This document shows positions 45,486 through 64,000 of a stretch of 64,000 nt of DNA, in pieces (the first letter of the stretch is position 1; each line of letters begins with the position of its first letter). The notes beneath the pieces are model-generated. The model was not told the DNA's origin. It was given only the letters and a program-made list of their open reading frames with translations, and did no database searches. The translations under genes and the position numbers were made by a program. This DNA is from Scleropages formosus (lineage: Eukaryota). The stretch spans positions 31,992,960 through 32,056,959 of the forward strand of contig NC_041813.1 of the NCBI RefSeq assembly GCF_900964775.1. The letters run 5' to 3'.

Positions 45486-45872
45486 CTTTAGAAGAGAAAC
45501 AAGAAGGATTACACACAGTGCAGAGTGTCGACGAAAAGCACGTCCTCTACAGCCCACAGAGCAGAGGCCGGCTGCGGGAGGTCCCCCCTCCCCCCAACAT
45601 ATATTAGAACACAGGAAAATAATGCTCTTGGTCCAGCTAAGGATCCCTTTCCTCAATGACTCACTGTCCTGCGCACCAAGCGCTTCGTCCCAGCCTACTT
45701 AACACCCCCAAGAGTAGACTTCCCAGTGGGCGGGCTCAGACTCTGAGCACAAACACACACTTTTCGCCACACACCCGCGTGACTCTGTGAGCGAAGCGAA
45801 AAGATACGCACTCGTTGGAACCACGGCACGGTGGACCACGCTGCCACAAAAAGAAAAGAAGAAGAAAAAAAA

Positions 45873-45908
45873 TTAAAATAAAATAAAATAAAATAAAATA
45901 AAATAAAA
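45873..45908. repeat. (AAATA)n microsatellite, about 60 bp upstream of the HIRIP3 start codon on the minus strand
   Basis: Sequence aaaataaaataaaataaaataaaataaaataaaa. Confidence 0.9.
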
Positions 45909-45921
45909 CCCGCTACTTCAC

Positions 45922-45989
45922 CTGAGATCCGGACACTCGCACAGCTGCTTCACTACGAAGCTCCTCATGCGCAGCGCCTCGGACACCAT
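45922..45989 (-). CDS. hirip3: HIRIP3 exon 1 (MVSEALRMRSFVVKQLCECPDL(S))
   Basis: ATG at 45989-45987. Matches human MAREKEMQEFTRSFFRGRPDLS. Donor CTCAG|gtgaag. Confidence 0.7.
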
Positions 45990-46820
45990 AGCGGCGCGCG
46001 GCCTTCCGCTCCTGCGCAGCTCGTGTAGCCCTCGCTCCCGCGTTCGCGCACGTGCTGTGGGTGGAGTCTGCGTCCGCGCCAGACGCGGGAGAGCGCGCAA
46101 AGGGCGCGTTTGTGTTTTTCTTCAGCTTGCATCGCATGTCGTGGCAGGTGCAGCAATAGGCGAGAGAAGCGAAGGGAGAAACAGAGCCTCTGTACTTAAA
46201 AAAGCGCTTTATTGTTTTATTAGGAAAGCTCGGGACCAGTGTCTCAGGCGGAGGACGGTTCTGGTTCCGGTTCCGGTCAGGAAAACCGGAAGGCGTACAG
46301 TCTCCAACACAGTGCCCTAAACACGGGTGCCAATGGGTGGCGCAGTCGCTATTGCGCCCGTCCCCTCCATTAATGGAAACGTGTCCGTATAAAAAGAATA
46401 CAGCACTGGAGAACATCCAGCATACAAACAATATCTCCCCCTGTACTGGAAAACAATAATTTATTTAAAAAATAAACACTGAATAATAAATAATCAACAT
46501 AATAAATTAATTTAAAAAAGTACAGAAAGACATTTACATACATACATACATACATACACAAAGCTTTTAAATGAACCGTGAGGGTGTGCCCAGGTTTCAA
46601 ATGGGAATGTTTCTGCTCTGGTCCCTATGTAGCCCCCCCCCCTTCCCAGTGAAGCGCAGTGTTAACAACTCCCACCCCCCTGCCCCCAGCAAGCAGTGCG
46701 TGTGGTTTTGACCCCCACACCCACTACCAGTTGGTGTGTTGACCACTGCAGCCGGCACCTTCCTCGTCACACCGCATTCTGCCATGTGACCCACGCCCAT
46801 CGACCACTCCTTCATCCTCA
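45990..46820. promoter_or_regulatory. The putative HIRIP3 promoter lies in the 830-bp interval between the KCTD13 stop (46818) and the HIRIP3 ATG (45989), both on the minus strand
   Basis: A GC-rich block at 46000-46330, an AT-rich block at 46430-46560, and (TACA)n at 46537-46560. A tail-to-head arrangement leaves little room for a separate promoter. Confidence 0.35.
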
Positions 46821-47072
46821 GTCCTTATAGACTGTCTGCAGACCATGTCCACGTTCGTCATGCATGATGTGCCGCCTGACATGGATGCGCCGTACCCTGC
46901 GGTCGCCTCCTCCCACACCGGCACCCTCCTCCTCCGATTGGCCGGCACCCGGCAAGGACCCCGCTCCTCCGGATTCCAGCAAAGCCAGGCTGCCAGGCCC
47001 AGACCCTCTGCCGTTCTCGTAAATCAAGATGTTGAGGGTCTCCTCGAAGATGCGGGCCTCTGGGAACTCCAC
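46818..47072 (-). CDS. kctd13: KCTD13 last exon (VEFPEARIFEETLNILIYENGRG...RRVRRIHVRRHIMHDERGHGLQTVYKD*)
   Basis: Matches human VEFPEARIFEETLNILIYE...RVRRIHVRRHITHDERPHGQQIVFKD. I used the ORF track coordinates because my own indexing in this line was off by one. Confidence 0.85.
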   Translation of the reverse strand: MEFPEARIFEETLNILIYENGRGSGPGSLALLESGGAGSLPGAGQSEEEGAGVGGGDRRVRRIHVRRHIMHDERGHGLQTVYKD

Positions 47073-47196
47073 CTGAGGTCAGAAACATTTCTCACATACA
47101 TGCCAGCTGCGTGTGAATGCATGTGACTCTAGTAAGAAGACGGTACAGGACACTGCAGCACTGAGATGGAACAGAGAGCTCCACGTGAGCGCCTAC

Positions 47197-47392
47197 TTTG
47201 GTCTGCTTCTTCTCCGTGGCATAAACGATGGAGGTGCAGCACACCTCGGCGATCTTCCTGCCCTCGCCGTAGAAAGACCAACAGCAGATCTCGTCACCCA
47301 GCACGTCCTTGACAAAGAGCACACGACCGTTGAAGCGCAGGCCCAGCTTGTCGAAGAGCTCGATGTTCTTCAGCAGGTTGTCGTCCGAGTTG
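47197..47392 (-). CDS. kctd13: KCTD13 exon 5 ((S)[65 protein letters not shown])
   Basis: Nearly identical to human KCTD13 residues of about 185-250. Confidence 0.85.
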
Positions 47393-47628
47393 CTGCCGGT
47401 ATGAAACAGATGGGAGCAGAAACACCGTCGCAAATCGTACAGTCGCATAAATAGCGCCCCGCTTCCTTGAATGCACAGGTTATATGTGTCTTTAATAAGT
47501 CATCATCCTTGACGAACTGAGACAGCAAGAGCTGCCGGTCATTAAAGCAGCCTGCTAAACAAGTGTGCCCACGTGTGATGAGGTAAGATGACATACGGTG
47601 CCGCAGGCAACATGGCTGAGTGCAGTAC

Positions 47629-47681
47629 CTGGTGTATGAGTACTTGTTGTTTCCCCTGTTGTTCTGCAGTTTCACCACAGG
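47629..47681 (-). CDS. kctd13: KCTD13 exon 4 (PVVKLQNNRGNNKYSYT)
   Basis: Matches human PVVKLLHNRSNNKYSYTS. Confidence 0.75.
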
Positions 47682-47910
47682 CTGAAAGACAGAATCATCA
47701 TTACGAATGACAGTGTTGCTTCTCCACGAACCTCTCACCTCGCAGCTCAGCAACACGTCACGTGGACAAACACGTTCGTGACATCTCGCGCTCCCACATC
47801 TTTCTGCGCCTTTCCCCTCTGCCTTGAGCAGCACCCTCTTCGTGTCTACTTGAGCTCATCAGTGGAGATACTCATCTTTCCTGACCATCCCGCTGCACTC
47901 CCTCGCTCAC

Positions 47911-48000
47911 CTTGCGGCAAGAGGCGATCATCCTCTGCTCCTCCTTGGCCGACGTGATCATAGGAATGCGACAAGAGCCCTGAAAGCCCTCGCGCAGTTT
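47911..48000 (-). CDS. kctd13: KCTD13 exon 3 (KLREGFQGSCRIPMITSAKEEQRMIASCRK)
   Basis: Acceptor cctttcag, donor AAG|gtgagcg. 30 codons. Confidence 0.8.
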
Positions 48001-48597
48001 CTGAAAGGGAGGAGAGGCACCACAAAACCCCAGTAAAGCACAACTTTACTGTGAATGATCTGGCTTAACCTTCGCCAAAGAAAAGCCATCTCCAGACACA
48101 GGTACTGCCTGCTCAGCCTCACCACACTGCATTCTGTTTTTTTTTCTTCCCCCCCCCGTGTTTTCATTAGTCCTATGAACAGCACTGGCTCCCAGCACCT
48201 TGCAGGCAGAAAGCACACACCGACACACTGCAAACAGCGCACATACACAGAGCAGGCGCTCGAGATCAGAGGGTTACACCCTTTCGCAGGTGAGAGCACA
48301 TACATAGCACCCTCTGATGAGTTCCAGAAGAGTCTATAGACATTCCAGAGTTCCAGTGAGCTGTCCTGCACATCAAACATGCACTTTTCAAGCAGCACAA
48401 AATTAAACACTCTGGTCATCTACACATTCACAGAGAGAGTTTCCAGAGTAGATCACTGCAGTAAAATACTACTTCTTGCTAAGCAAATACTTCGTTTCTT
48501 CCTTGGAAAGTGGTCACATCATTCTGCTGCTGTATCTTACTCTGGACTTCGCTTCCATGGCCACAAGTTCACACATTTGCACCCTAACACGTCTAAC

Positions 48598-48767
48598 CTT
48601 CAGAGCAGCAAAGCAATGCTGGATGAGCCCCTGCACCCGGTAGTACTGCGCCTCTGCCAGAACCTCCTCCAGCTCCCTCTGGGACTCGGGCAGGGGCACG
48701 TATCCATCGCGTAGGAAGTTCAGGATTAGACTGAAATGGCGGCCGCTGCGGTCCAGCACCACCCAAC
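48598..48767 (-). CDS. kctd13: KCTD13 exon 2 ((G)WVVLDRSGRHFSLILNFLRDGYVPLPESQRELEEVLAEAQYYRVQGLIQHCFAALK)
   Basis: Matches human [57 protein letters not shown]. Confidence 0.8.
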
Positions 48768-48861
48768 CTGAAAAAAAAAAAAGAGAGCAATACAGCACGT
48801 GCGGACCATGGAGGGACGAGCAAACACGGCAGCGCCCGCCCGCTCGGCCACCGTCTCTCAC

Positions 48862-49102
48862 CCTCGGGGTCAATGGTGACCTCAGCGGCGCCGGTGCACA
48901 TGCGGCTCAGCAGGCTGTCCTCCTTGCTCAGCGTCTGCACGGTGGTGTAGTGCAGCGATCCTCCCACATTGAGCTTCACGTATTTGCTGCCTGCCAGGCC
49001 GCCACCACCGCCTCCCTTATCCTCACTCAGCCCATCGGGGGGCCCTGCCGCAGCAAGAAGCAGCTCCGACGCCACGCTTCCAGCGGAGGCTTCGGCCGAC
49101 AT
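48862..49102 (-). CDS. kctd13: KCTD13 (BACURD1) exon 1 (MSAEASAGS...KYVKLNVGGSLHYTTVQTLSKEDSLLSRMCTGAAEVTIDPE(G))
   Basis: Encodes the BTB domain. The start matches human KCTD13 MSAEAS. ORF track entry 48593..49165 has this M as its 22nd residue. Confidence 0.85.
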
Positions 49103-49767
49103 TGGGGGTGGGAAGTGAGCTGCGGAGGAAACACGGAAAGGTGAAGGGCACAGGGTTCGCCACATCGCTCCACGCAGGGGTGCGAAAACGACAACTCTTG
49201 CACCATCGCATCACGCTGCGCTCGCGCTCACGCTCACACCCCCCCCCCCCCAGCTTTGGAGGGGTCCACTTTCGGTTATCGACCGCTCCAGTTGAGCTGT
49301 CAGTGCTGCTTTTTGTTGCCTTTTTTTTGCTTATTTCTTAATTCACGGTTTGTTAATGTTGTGCTTGTCTGGGTCTGTGTTCACCTGTTGCTGTGTCAGC
49401 ATCTTGTGTGTGTGTGTTGCTTGCTGTACCTGTCAAAAGATCAACAATGAATGTTTTCAGCCATCGATTGCCATCCGTCTCGAGCTGCAGCGCACTACGG
49501 ACAGCAGCAGAGACTCTCACTTGTCCCAAACCCATCCGGTTCGGCTACAATCTCCTTTTTCCCAGCGATTCCAGCCACCCACTGCACCGCTGGCACTTCC
49601 AGCACGACGTTCACCCCTCCCTCAGACACGGCGCCGCTCAACTTCCCAGAATGAGCTGCGCCGACTCACTCCTGACAAGCTGCTGTTTAGCAGACAAGCC
49701 CATTCCAAAGCATTAAAACGTCCTGTCGCCCTATCTGACAGGTAAACAGGGTAAACACTGAGTACTA

Positions 49768-49808
49768 CACTCACTCACTCACTCACTCACTCACTCACTC
49801 ACTCACTG
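49768..49808. repeat. (TCAC)n microsatellite
   Basis: Sequence cactcactcactcactcactcactcactcactcactc. Confidence 0.9.
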
Positions 49809-51527
49809 TCACTTTCCAACGGCTAAGGCTGAGGCTGAGTTACTAGCTACTCAACTACTAGCGGGCTAGCCACTCACCGTGAAGCGGGCCCAGACGGGTA
49901 TGTACGCGCCGCTACTTTTTCACTTGCGGTATATATGTTGACAAGAGCAACAGGAGCACGAAGAAATCAGCTTACAAAATAAAAAGAAAAATAAAGTGCT
50001 GTTACGAGGTCATTGCGGCCGCAGACCCGTCTTCCTCTTTCTGCACTTGAAACAATCACAATGGCCTCCCTGTCGTCGTTGAAACCGAGGCAGGTGATTG
50101 GCTAAGAGGACTGTCTATCACGCGTTCCGTTTCGCAATTATTGGATAAAAAATGGCTGTGAAACACTGTAGTAGCCGGTGATTGGAGAAAGGAACGCCTA
50201 ACGATGACATACCTTCAACATTGAATGGATAAAAGCCTTGTCTATCAAGCAGTGCGGTGATCCGTGATTCGTGCAGTGTCCAAAATGGGCGGCAACTCTG
50301 TTTTCCTCTGGTTTCACGAAATGCAGAGGATTCGCTGAGCGCCGCTGATGTTTGCGTTTTGGCGCGTAATGCCTTCGTCAGACACTCGGCTGCTACGAAG
50401 TAGCTTGTTTTTTTGTCATTTGTTCGCCAACACGTTTAGAATGTTCCACGGTCGTGCTTATTTGCACAAGAATACTGTAATTATTGCAGTTTATTGAAAG
50501 CCTAGAGCAGGTATTGAAAGTTGGCCACATCATCATGATCATCATGTCATAACGTGTAACACGCGTGTAACACGCGTGTGTATCGACACGCGGCATCGCC
50601 GTGGTGTGTGGCCGTCTCGCTCGGCTTACTAATGTTCTTGTGTGTCCGATGTCGTCGTACACATGTCGGCTGCGTTCCGGAACATTCCCGCGTGCCCGGG
50701 GCCTCTAAACATCCTTCCTTCTTCTATGCAGGTTGCACATTTCAGCATTTTGAAGAAAAACGCCGTTGTTCGGGTTCCGGCATACCGGCACTTTACGCCC
50801 TGCGGTGACCACGAACGGGCGGATTCTGCAGTCCTTCGCAAGTCCAGGTCCACCGGCGGTTCCGGAAGCGCGGGCCGCGCTCGTTCACGCAGGACAACAC
50901 GCACCAAACATATGGCACACGCCGCACCATCCAACAGAGAAATGTTTATTTCATCGTCAATCTCAGCAAAGTCGTTAACAGTTGCCGCTGACGGCAAAAC
51001 AATGAAAATAAATAATAGCAATAATACCATGAGAATGAGGTCAAACCCTCGTTGGTACAGTGAGAGCGACGCAGCTCAACAGAACTTAAAGGAACCATAA
51101 TTTGATTAAAAGAATACTTTTTTCAATAGTGCATCACAGCAAGCAACCAGTTTTATAGTATTTTCAACATTGTGCATACACAACACCAACAGCATTAATA
51201 ACAATAATAATCATTGTTAATTATAACTGTAATAACATGGTTCAGCAGAAGCAACAGAGAATACAATCACTGCGTGCCTTGAAAGCGATGATGTCCTGCT
51301 GCTCTCCCGCCACTTGTCCTTCACAGTATAAAGATGACGCATTCGTACAAACCGCTAAGAACAAAACACTATCCTTGTATTTTACAGATGGAAGATGCAG
51401 AAGGTACTAAGACTACGAAGTTCAGATGCTCAGGGATGTCACATTGATGGGAAGTCTTGTTTTGGCACAGATTCAGTACATATACATGTAAGCCTCGATC
51501 AAAATATTTACATTCACTCTGTTGCTG

Positions 51528-51534
<7 letters not shown>

Positions 51535-51572
<38 letters not shown>
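51535..51572. repeat. (GT)n microsatellite followed by (GC)n
   Basis: Sequence tgtgtgtgtg...gtgcgcgcgcgcg. Confidence 0.9.
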
Positions 51573-51992
51573 CGTCTGCCTCTCTGCCAACCTGTGAGTC
51601 TCTGTACAGCTGCCGCCTGCTGTCCCCATTCACCATCCCTCTCAACACCCCCCCCTCTCTAAGGCACCAGTCCTAATTATAGACTGAAAACAACAAAACT
51701 GCGAGACTGTTGTGCACAAGACAGCAGATGAGGTGACACCGAGGCTCAGGAGAACAGGACCGACGGATGAACACTGACACGGATGGACGGACCGCATGTT
51801 ACACACAGACTTATGCTAATGGACAGAGGTGTGTTTCTGTACAGACATCGGGTGGAAAGGGGGGCGAGGCGGGAGGGACAAGACGATGGCAGTAATGAAG
51901 GTAGCCGACAGGAGGAGACTGCAAAGCGTCCCCCTCTCCTTCCCACCAAACCTCTGTCCTCTCAGCCACATCGCTCCGCTGTGTCTCCTTCT

Positions 51993-59343
<7,351 letters not shown>

Positions 59344-59699
59344 GTCTTGAGAGAGTCGGTGCACCTGAGAGGACAGAGAGAGCGCAGGTGACACAGGAAG
59401 GAGGGAAAGCAGGGCCGGAACTCAACTGGAGCGGCTCTGGCTCTGAGGCGTCGCCATGGTGACGAGGCAAAAACACCCACAGAAAGGGAACTTGATGCAC
59501 TTAAAGGTGGAGTGACCATAAGTGCGTCACGTGCCCCTCGCAGCAGTGACACAGGAGCACCATCAGCGTGTTTCCGCGTGTCCACCTCCACACCAGGCTG
59601 CAGGTGTGTGACAGTGTAGTCGGTGTGGGGGGAGGGGGTGCGCGCTGGCTCACATCCCATTATAAAAAGGACTCCCGGCGCCTCCAGCACATCTGCATT

Positions 59700-61300
59700 C
59701 CAGTCCAGCTTTAATGACGCGGCTCAGAGTCACAGACACGGCACTCAAAGGACGGAGGGACCGCACTAAACATTCACATTCACACTGTATCGGCCGTGGC
59801 GGGGGGGGGACGTTGCAGTAGCAGTCTGCGCTGATCCTGTGCAGGTTTCGCTGCTCGGTCTGCTCTTGCTGCCATGATGACTGGGGGGGACTGGGGGGAA
59901 CGGGGGGGGCGCCGTGATTTGCGTCACGCAGACGATGCGGCGGCGGCCGGCGGGATGAGGCGCACTGAGCGCGCGGGCTCTTTATTCTAAGGCGGTAGGG
60001 CGCGCGCAGACACGGGCCTGGTTCGGTTCGGTTCGGTTCCGCTCCGCCCCGCTCCTCCATCCATCGAGCGATCACCCCTCCATCGTCGCACCCCCCCACC
60101 CCACCCTTCCGCCATCGTTTCTCCGCTCCGCTCCTTCAGTAACACCGTTTTTCGCCGCTCCTCTTACGGCCCCACCGAACGCCCCCCCACCGCCACCCGC
60201 GACAATGTTTCCAGATTCACTGCACGCGCACGAAGTGTTCGGTCAAATGAACATATGAAACGACGGCTCGCGCTGCGAACGATGCTGCTCAAGGTTAGAC
60301 CCCCCCCTCCCCCGCCCAGCGAACCGTACCTGTGTAAAGCAGCTCGGGCTCGTGCCGCGGGCCTGCGGATCCTGCTGCGATTGAGAGCCCCTGTGTGATG
60401 CGCGCTCCCGCGTCTCTCCTAGAGAACAGGTGCAGAAAAACACGCGTTAAATGTCATCAAAGAGCCCCCTCCCCGCCCCCGCCCCCGCCCCCGGAGCGCC
60501 TCCCTCGCGCGCCCTACCAGCGTCAGTCATCAGTCATCGAGCGCCAGTCATCAGTGCGCCACGGCGCAGGAGAGCGCTTCGCTCGGTCTGTGCCTGCAGG
60601 CCCACGGCGGACGAGCAGGTGGGGGGTTCGAGTCCCGCAGCTTCCTTTCGAATGCTCGACGCGTCCACAGCCTTGGAGTGAGCGCCCCTTGCTGCCCCCA
60701 GGCGGCCGCGCCGAGCCACTGCGCTCCGCTTAGCGAGCGAGCGAGCGAGCGAGCGAGCGGGCGGGAGGGAGGAGGGAGGAGGAGAGGGGGGCGGGTGGTT
60801 GGCGCTGTTCGCGGTGCTGAAAGCGCGAGAGCCGCTCGAGAGCCGCACGGGAAACACGTCGGCACGGGCGCTGTCCGCGCTGGGCCGCAGCGAAGGAGCT
60901 CGCGGCGCGGAAGAGGCGCTCGAGACGCAGAGGCTCAGCGGCCACGCGGGCACGCGCACGGACACGGACACGGAGCAGCGCGGCGGTGAGTCCTCCGTCG
61001 CCCGGTGTTTCCCTCGCGCGTCCGCGGCTCCGCCCGTCAAATCGTGGCTCCTCATCGGGAGCGCGCTGTGAACGCGCTGTGAACGCGCTGCGACCATGCA
61101 GGCAGGGGCTGTGCGGAGGAAAGGCCTCCTGTAAACACAACTCGATGTACGAGGTCCAGTGCGGAGAACAGGGGGTATAGATGTGTGCTCAGGCTTGTTC
61201 TTGGACATGGCTACTCGGGTTGAGGACCTGTGAGGCTGTGTCACTGGAGCTTCGGTGTCTCCCGCAGGAAACGGGAGTGAGGGTGCATTCTAGTTGAAGC
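59700..61300. promoter_or_regulatory. CpG island at the 5' end of SEZ6L2. Probably the SEZ6L2 promoter and 5'UTR.
   Basis: Extremely GC and CpG rich, with (GAGC)n at 60731-60764 and GGGGG or CCCCC runs. The many overlapping ORFs here (for example 60534..61244) are composition artefacts. Confidence 0.5.
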
Positions 61301-61649
61301 CTATAATTAAGCTATAATTAACCTGTGGTTAAACTCTTGAAACGATGGTTGGACCACGGGCAGCGATGGTCTTTTTTTTCCCACTCACTGACCGCGCAGC
61401 GAGTCCGTGTCCTCCCGGCCGATTTACCCAGAGAGGAGCGCCACGTCCGGGAGCCGACCTTTTTCGATTCCCCCTGTTTCTGCAGCGTTTTGACCGGAGA
61501 CCTGGTCGGATGTTCTTCTCAGTTCTAGTTGTGCGTGAATGGAGCCTGAGAGAGGGAAACAGTGGCACCAGGCCTCCGTTCAGGTCATCTACTTGGTGTG
61601 GAAGGTAATGAAATGTTCAGCCTGGAGTGTGAAAAAGTAGCTCCACCCT

Positions 61650-62962
61650 CACAGTCGATAACTGGTTGACCACCTGTAGCCGCAATGACCGTAACCGAAC
61701 CCTTCCTGTAGTTGTTGACCAGAGTCGCCTCACATCACCGTGGAGGAGTTTTCACCCACTGCTGCATGCAGAACTGCTTTAGCTCAGCCTTATCTGCAAG
61801 TTTTAGAGCATGAGCAGCTCTTTTCAGGTCTTGGTAAAACATCTCAGTCAGATTCATCTGAGAACTTTGAGCAGGCTGCTCCACAACTTTAATCTACCAT
61901 TCGGATGTCAAACTTCTTGTATGTTGGAAGTCATTGTCTTGCTACGTGACTCACATGAGCTTCAGCTTCAATTCATGGGTGGATAGCTTCACACTGTGCT
62001 GTAGGATATTCTGATGAAGACAGCAATTCAAGATAGCAAGGAACCCAAGTACTGTGGCAGCAAAACTACCCCGGCCCATCACACTGCCACCACCACAGTT
62101 GACTGCTAGTAGGAGGTTCTTATTGTAAAATGCCGTATTTGGTTTTCACCAGGTATAACATGGCCCATATCGTGCAAAAAGTTATACTTTTGATTACACA
62201 GAACACTGTACCAGAAGTCGTGAGAGATCTCCAGGTGCTTTCTGCTGATGTGTAGAGGGGCCTCCATGTCCCTTTCGGTGAGCAGTGGTTTCCATGGTGC
62301 CGCTCTCCCACGCGTCTCATTTTTACACAGTGTTTCTCTTACTATGTGGTCATGAACACTGACTGGAGGTCAGGTCAGAGGTCTGCAGTCCCCTGGATGC
62401 TGATGTATCATCTTCTGAGGTTCATTTATGATTTTACACTTTGATGCTGGAGAGATTTTGGTACGACTGCCACTCCTACTTTCATTCACCACTGTTTCAA
62501 ACTTTCTCTGAGTGCTGCTTTGATCGTGTTTTGACTGAGGTTTAGAGCCTGAGAAATGGCTGTGTGAGAGCCTCCCCAGACTGATAGACTTCAGCAACTT
62601 TTCTCCAAAGGTCTTCAGAAATGTCCTTTGGCTGTGGCACGATATGCCTCCATGAATTGCTTGTAAGGGTTGAAGTCGATGACAATGATATTGAGCAGCG
62701 CTGCCTGAATCGGGCCTGACTGTATTCAGACAGTAGACTAATTAGCCACTTAATTAGGTTGATTGGGAGGACAATCTTTTCTCACACCTATGGTTGTACA
62801 TTTCATCATCTCCCTCGTCAGGGAATGACATAAAAACAACACTGGTGTCACCGTTTCCCTTCGGGCTTCATTCATATTCTGCCGGAACTGACAAAATCTG
62901 ATTGAATTTAACGCCAAAAAAATCCAGAAATTGGGGCAAATACTTTCTCCGCAGCACTGTAG
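61650..62962 (-). mobile_element. Tc1/mariner (Tc1-like) DNA transposon remnant. Its transposase ORF is disrupted.
   Basis: The right end reads CAGTGCTGCGGAGAAAGTATTTGCCCCAATTTCTGG (a terminal inverted repeat). The minus-strand frames encode ...TVVNESRSGSRTKISPASKCKIINE... and other Tc1 transposase-like peptides (ORF track entries 62370..62597 and 62120..62320) carrying frameshifts. Confidence 0.6.
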
Positions 62963-62984
62963 GAGTCCTTTGCTTTGGCAACTC

Positions 62985-63012
62985 TGTGTGTGTGTGTGTG
63001 TGTGTGTGTCTG
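62985..63012. repeat. (GT)n microsatellite immediately upstream of the ASPHD1 start codon
   Basis: Sequence ctgtgtgtgtgtgtgtgtgtgtgtgtct. Confidence 0.9.
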
Positions 63013-63085
63013 TGTGGAGGAGGGTCCATCTGAGAACAATTCTGTCCCCCGTCTCCAGTTGTCCAGCCAGTCTTCCCAGTCCAGG

Positions 63086-63577
63086 ATGCAGTGGACGTTG
63101 GACTTCTTCCCGATACCACCGTGTGCGGAGCTGGGAGCGCAGCCCCTCAGTGGCCTCCTCTGGACGCTACTCGTTCTCTTCCTGTGGTACTGCTATCGGG
63201 TCGGCTCAGACCCCCCTGGGACGGGACGCACCCACCCAGGCAAGTTGAAATCGGGATCGGCGCGGTCCGGCCGCATGTTGCGGTCCAGCATCAGTGCCCG
63301 CGGCAGCAATGTAGCGGCTAGCGGGGTAAACTTGTCCAAGGCCGCCGCCAGCGACAGAGTGACCCCCTGCATTGTCATGGAAACGGGGGAGGAGGAGGAA
63401 GAAGAGGATGCAGAGATGGGGCGTCACCGTGGTTACCTCACACCAGTCCTGGGACACACCCTGTTCCCAAATCAGGCTCCGGCGGCCAGCAAGAAGCTGT
63501 ACGGTGCCCTGCAGGAGTACGCAAAGCGCTACAGCTGGGTAGGGATGGGCCGCATCCACAAAGGCCTGAGGGAACAG
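63086..63577 (+). CDS. asphd1: ASPHD1-like (aspartate beta-hydroxylase domain-containing 1) exon 1 (MQWTLDFFPIPPC...TM...[21 protein letters not shown])
   Basis: Matches human ASPHD1 ...[20 protein letters not shown]. ATG at 63086 (ORF track entry 62975..63613, 38th residue). A hydrophobic transmembrane segment LLWTLLVLFLWYCY is present. The donor appears to be GCAAGT (a GC-AG intron). Confidence 0.7.
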
Positions 63578-63663
63578 GCAAGTCACGGAGCCTCAACTCG
63601 GACCGTGTGCTGACCGCGGCCAGGCGGCGGTCACTCCCACTCACTCTCTCCCTTATGTCTTTC

Positions 63664-63873
63664 AGGCCAGACTTAGCGAACGCTCGTCCATCCAGAAACC
63701 CCACCTCTTCTTCCTCCCTGATGTTCCCAGCATTCCCTTCTTCCCACGCGACGCTCACCGCCATGACATCGAAGTCCTGGAGGCCAGTTATCCCATCATC
63801 CTTGCTGAGTTCCAGGCCGTCTACCAGAGGGGTGTCGATGCAAAGCTCGGCTGGACCTGCCAGAGCCCCAAGG
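63664..63873 (+). CDS. asphd1: ASPHD1-like exon 2 (ARLSERSSIQKPHLFFLPDVPSIPFFPRDAHRHDIEVLEASYPIILAEFQAVYQRGVDAKLGWTCQSPK)
   Basis: Matches human [50 protein letters not shown]. Acceptor tttcag, donor AAG|gtgcgt. The gene continues past the window end. Confidence 0.7.
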
Positions 63874-63935
63874 TGCGTAGCAGCCTGCCTGTTTCCCTCT
63901 GTACTCCTAGAAAATGAATAATTACTGTATGCAAA

Positions 63936-64000
63936 GTATGGGGGCGCGGTGGTGCAGTGGGTTGGACCGGGTCCTGCTCTCCAGTGGGTCTGGGGTTCGA
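63936..64000 (+). mobile_element. tRNA-derived SINE (family A), cut off by the window end
   Basis: Sequence GGGGGCGCGGTGGTGCAGTGGGTTGGACCGGGTCCTGCTCTCCAGTGGGTCTGGGGTTCGA. Confidence 0.7.

Noticed and set aside
60534-61244. 236-aa Ala/Pro/Arg/Ser-rich ORF and several overlapping ORFs on both strands
   Set aside because: These lie in a CpG island, where stop codons are rare. The segment has no conserved-domain signature and ORFs overlap in all frames.

Overview
This window is vertebrate nuclear DNA, almost certainly from a teleost fish. It has spliced multi-exon genes with GT-AG introns, tRNA-derived SINEs, a Tc1-like transposon, many (CA)n microsatellites and a CpG island. There are no operons, CRISPR arrays or other prokaryotic features, so I looked for novelty in the accessory part of the locus.

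Five conserved genes make up a block syntenic with human 16p11.2:
- TAOK2 at 365-6776 on the minus strand.
- HIRIP3 at 41898-45989, minus.
- KCTD13 at 46818-49102, minus.
- SEZ6L2 at 51993-59343, minus.
- ASPHD1 from 63086, plus, running off the window end.

Between TAOK2 and HIRIP3 lies a roughly 34 kb accessory segment. It holds a tandem cluster of four paralogous six-exon secreted S1A serine-protease genes of the prostasin/tryptase type. Their IVGG-exon starts are at about 14.4, 21.7, 27.9 and 33.5 kb, all on the plus strand.

Several features make the cluster interesting:
- Two copies lie in a very recent, roughly 99% identical, 11.8 kb segmental duplication.
- SINE insertions occurred after that duplication.
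- There is a gene-conversion-like mosaic patch in one copy.
- Two copies have independently lost the C-terminal hydrophobic anchor.
- A 120-nt in-frame, stop-free intron lies next to the catalytic serine in all four copies.
- One copy carries a GC splice donor and an exon length change.
- Minisatellite arrays sit upstream of two copies.
- An interstitial (TTAGGG)n tract lies inside the cluster.

I placed exon coordinates by hand from the sequence and the ORF track. Expect errors of ±1-3 nt in places.
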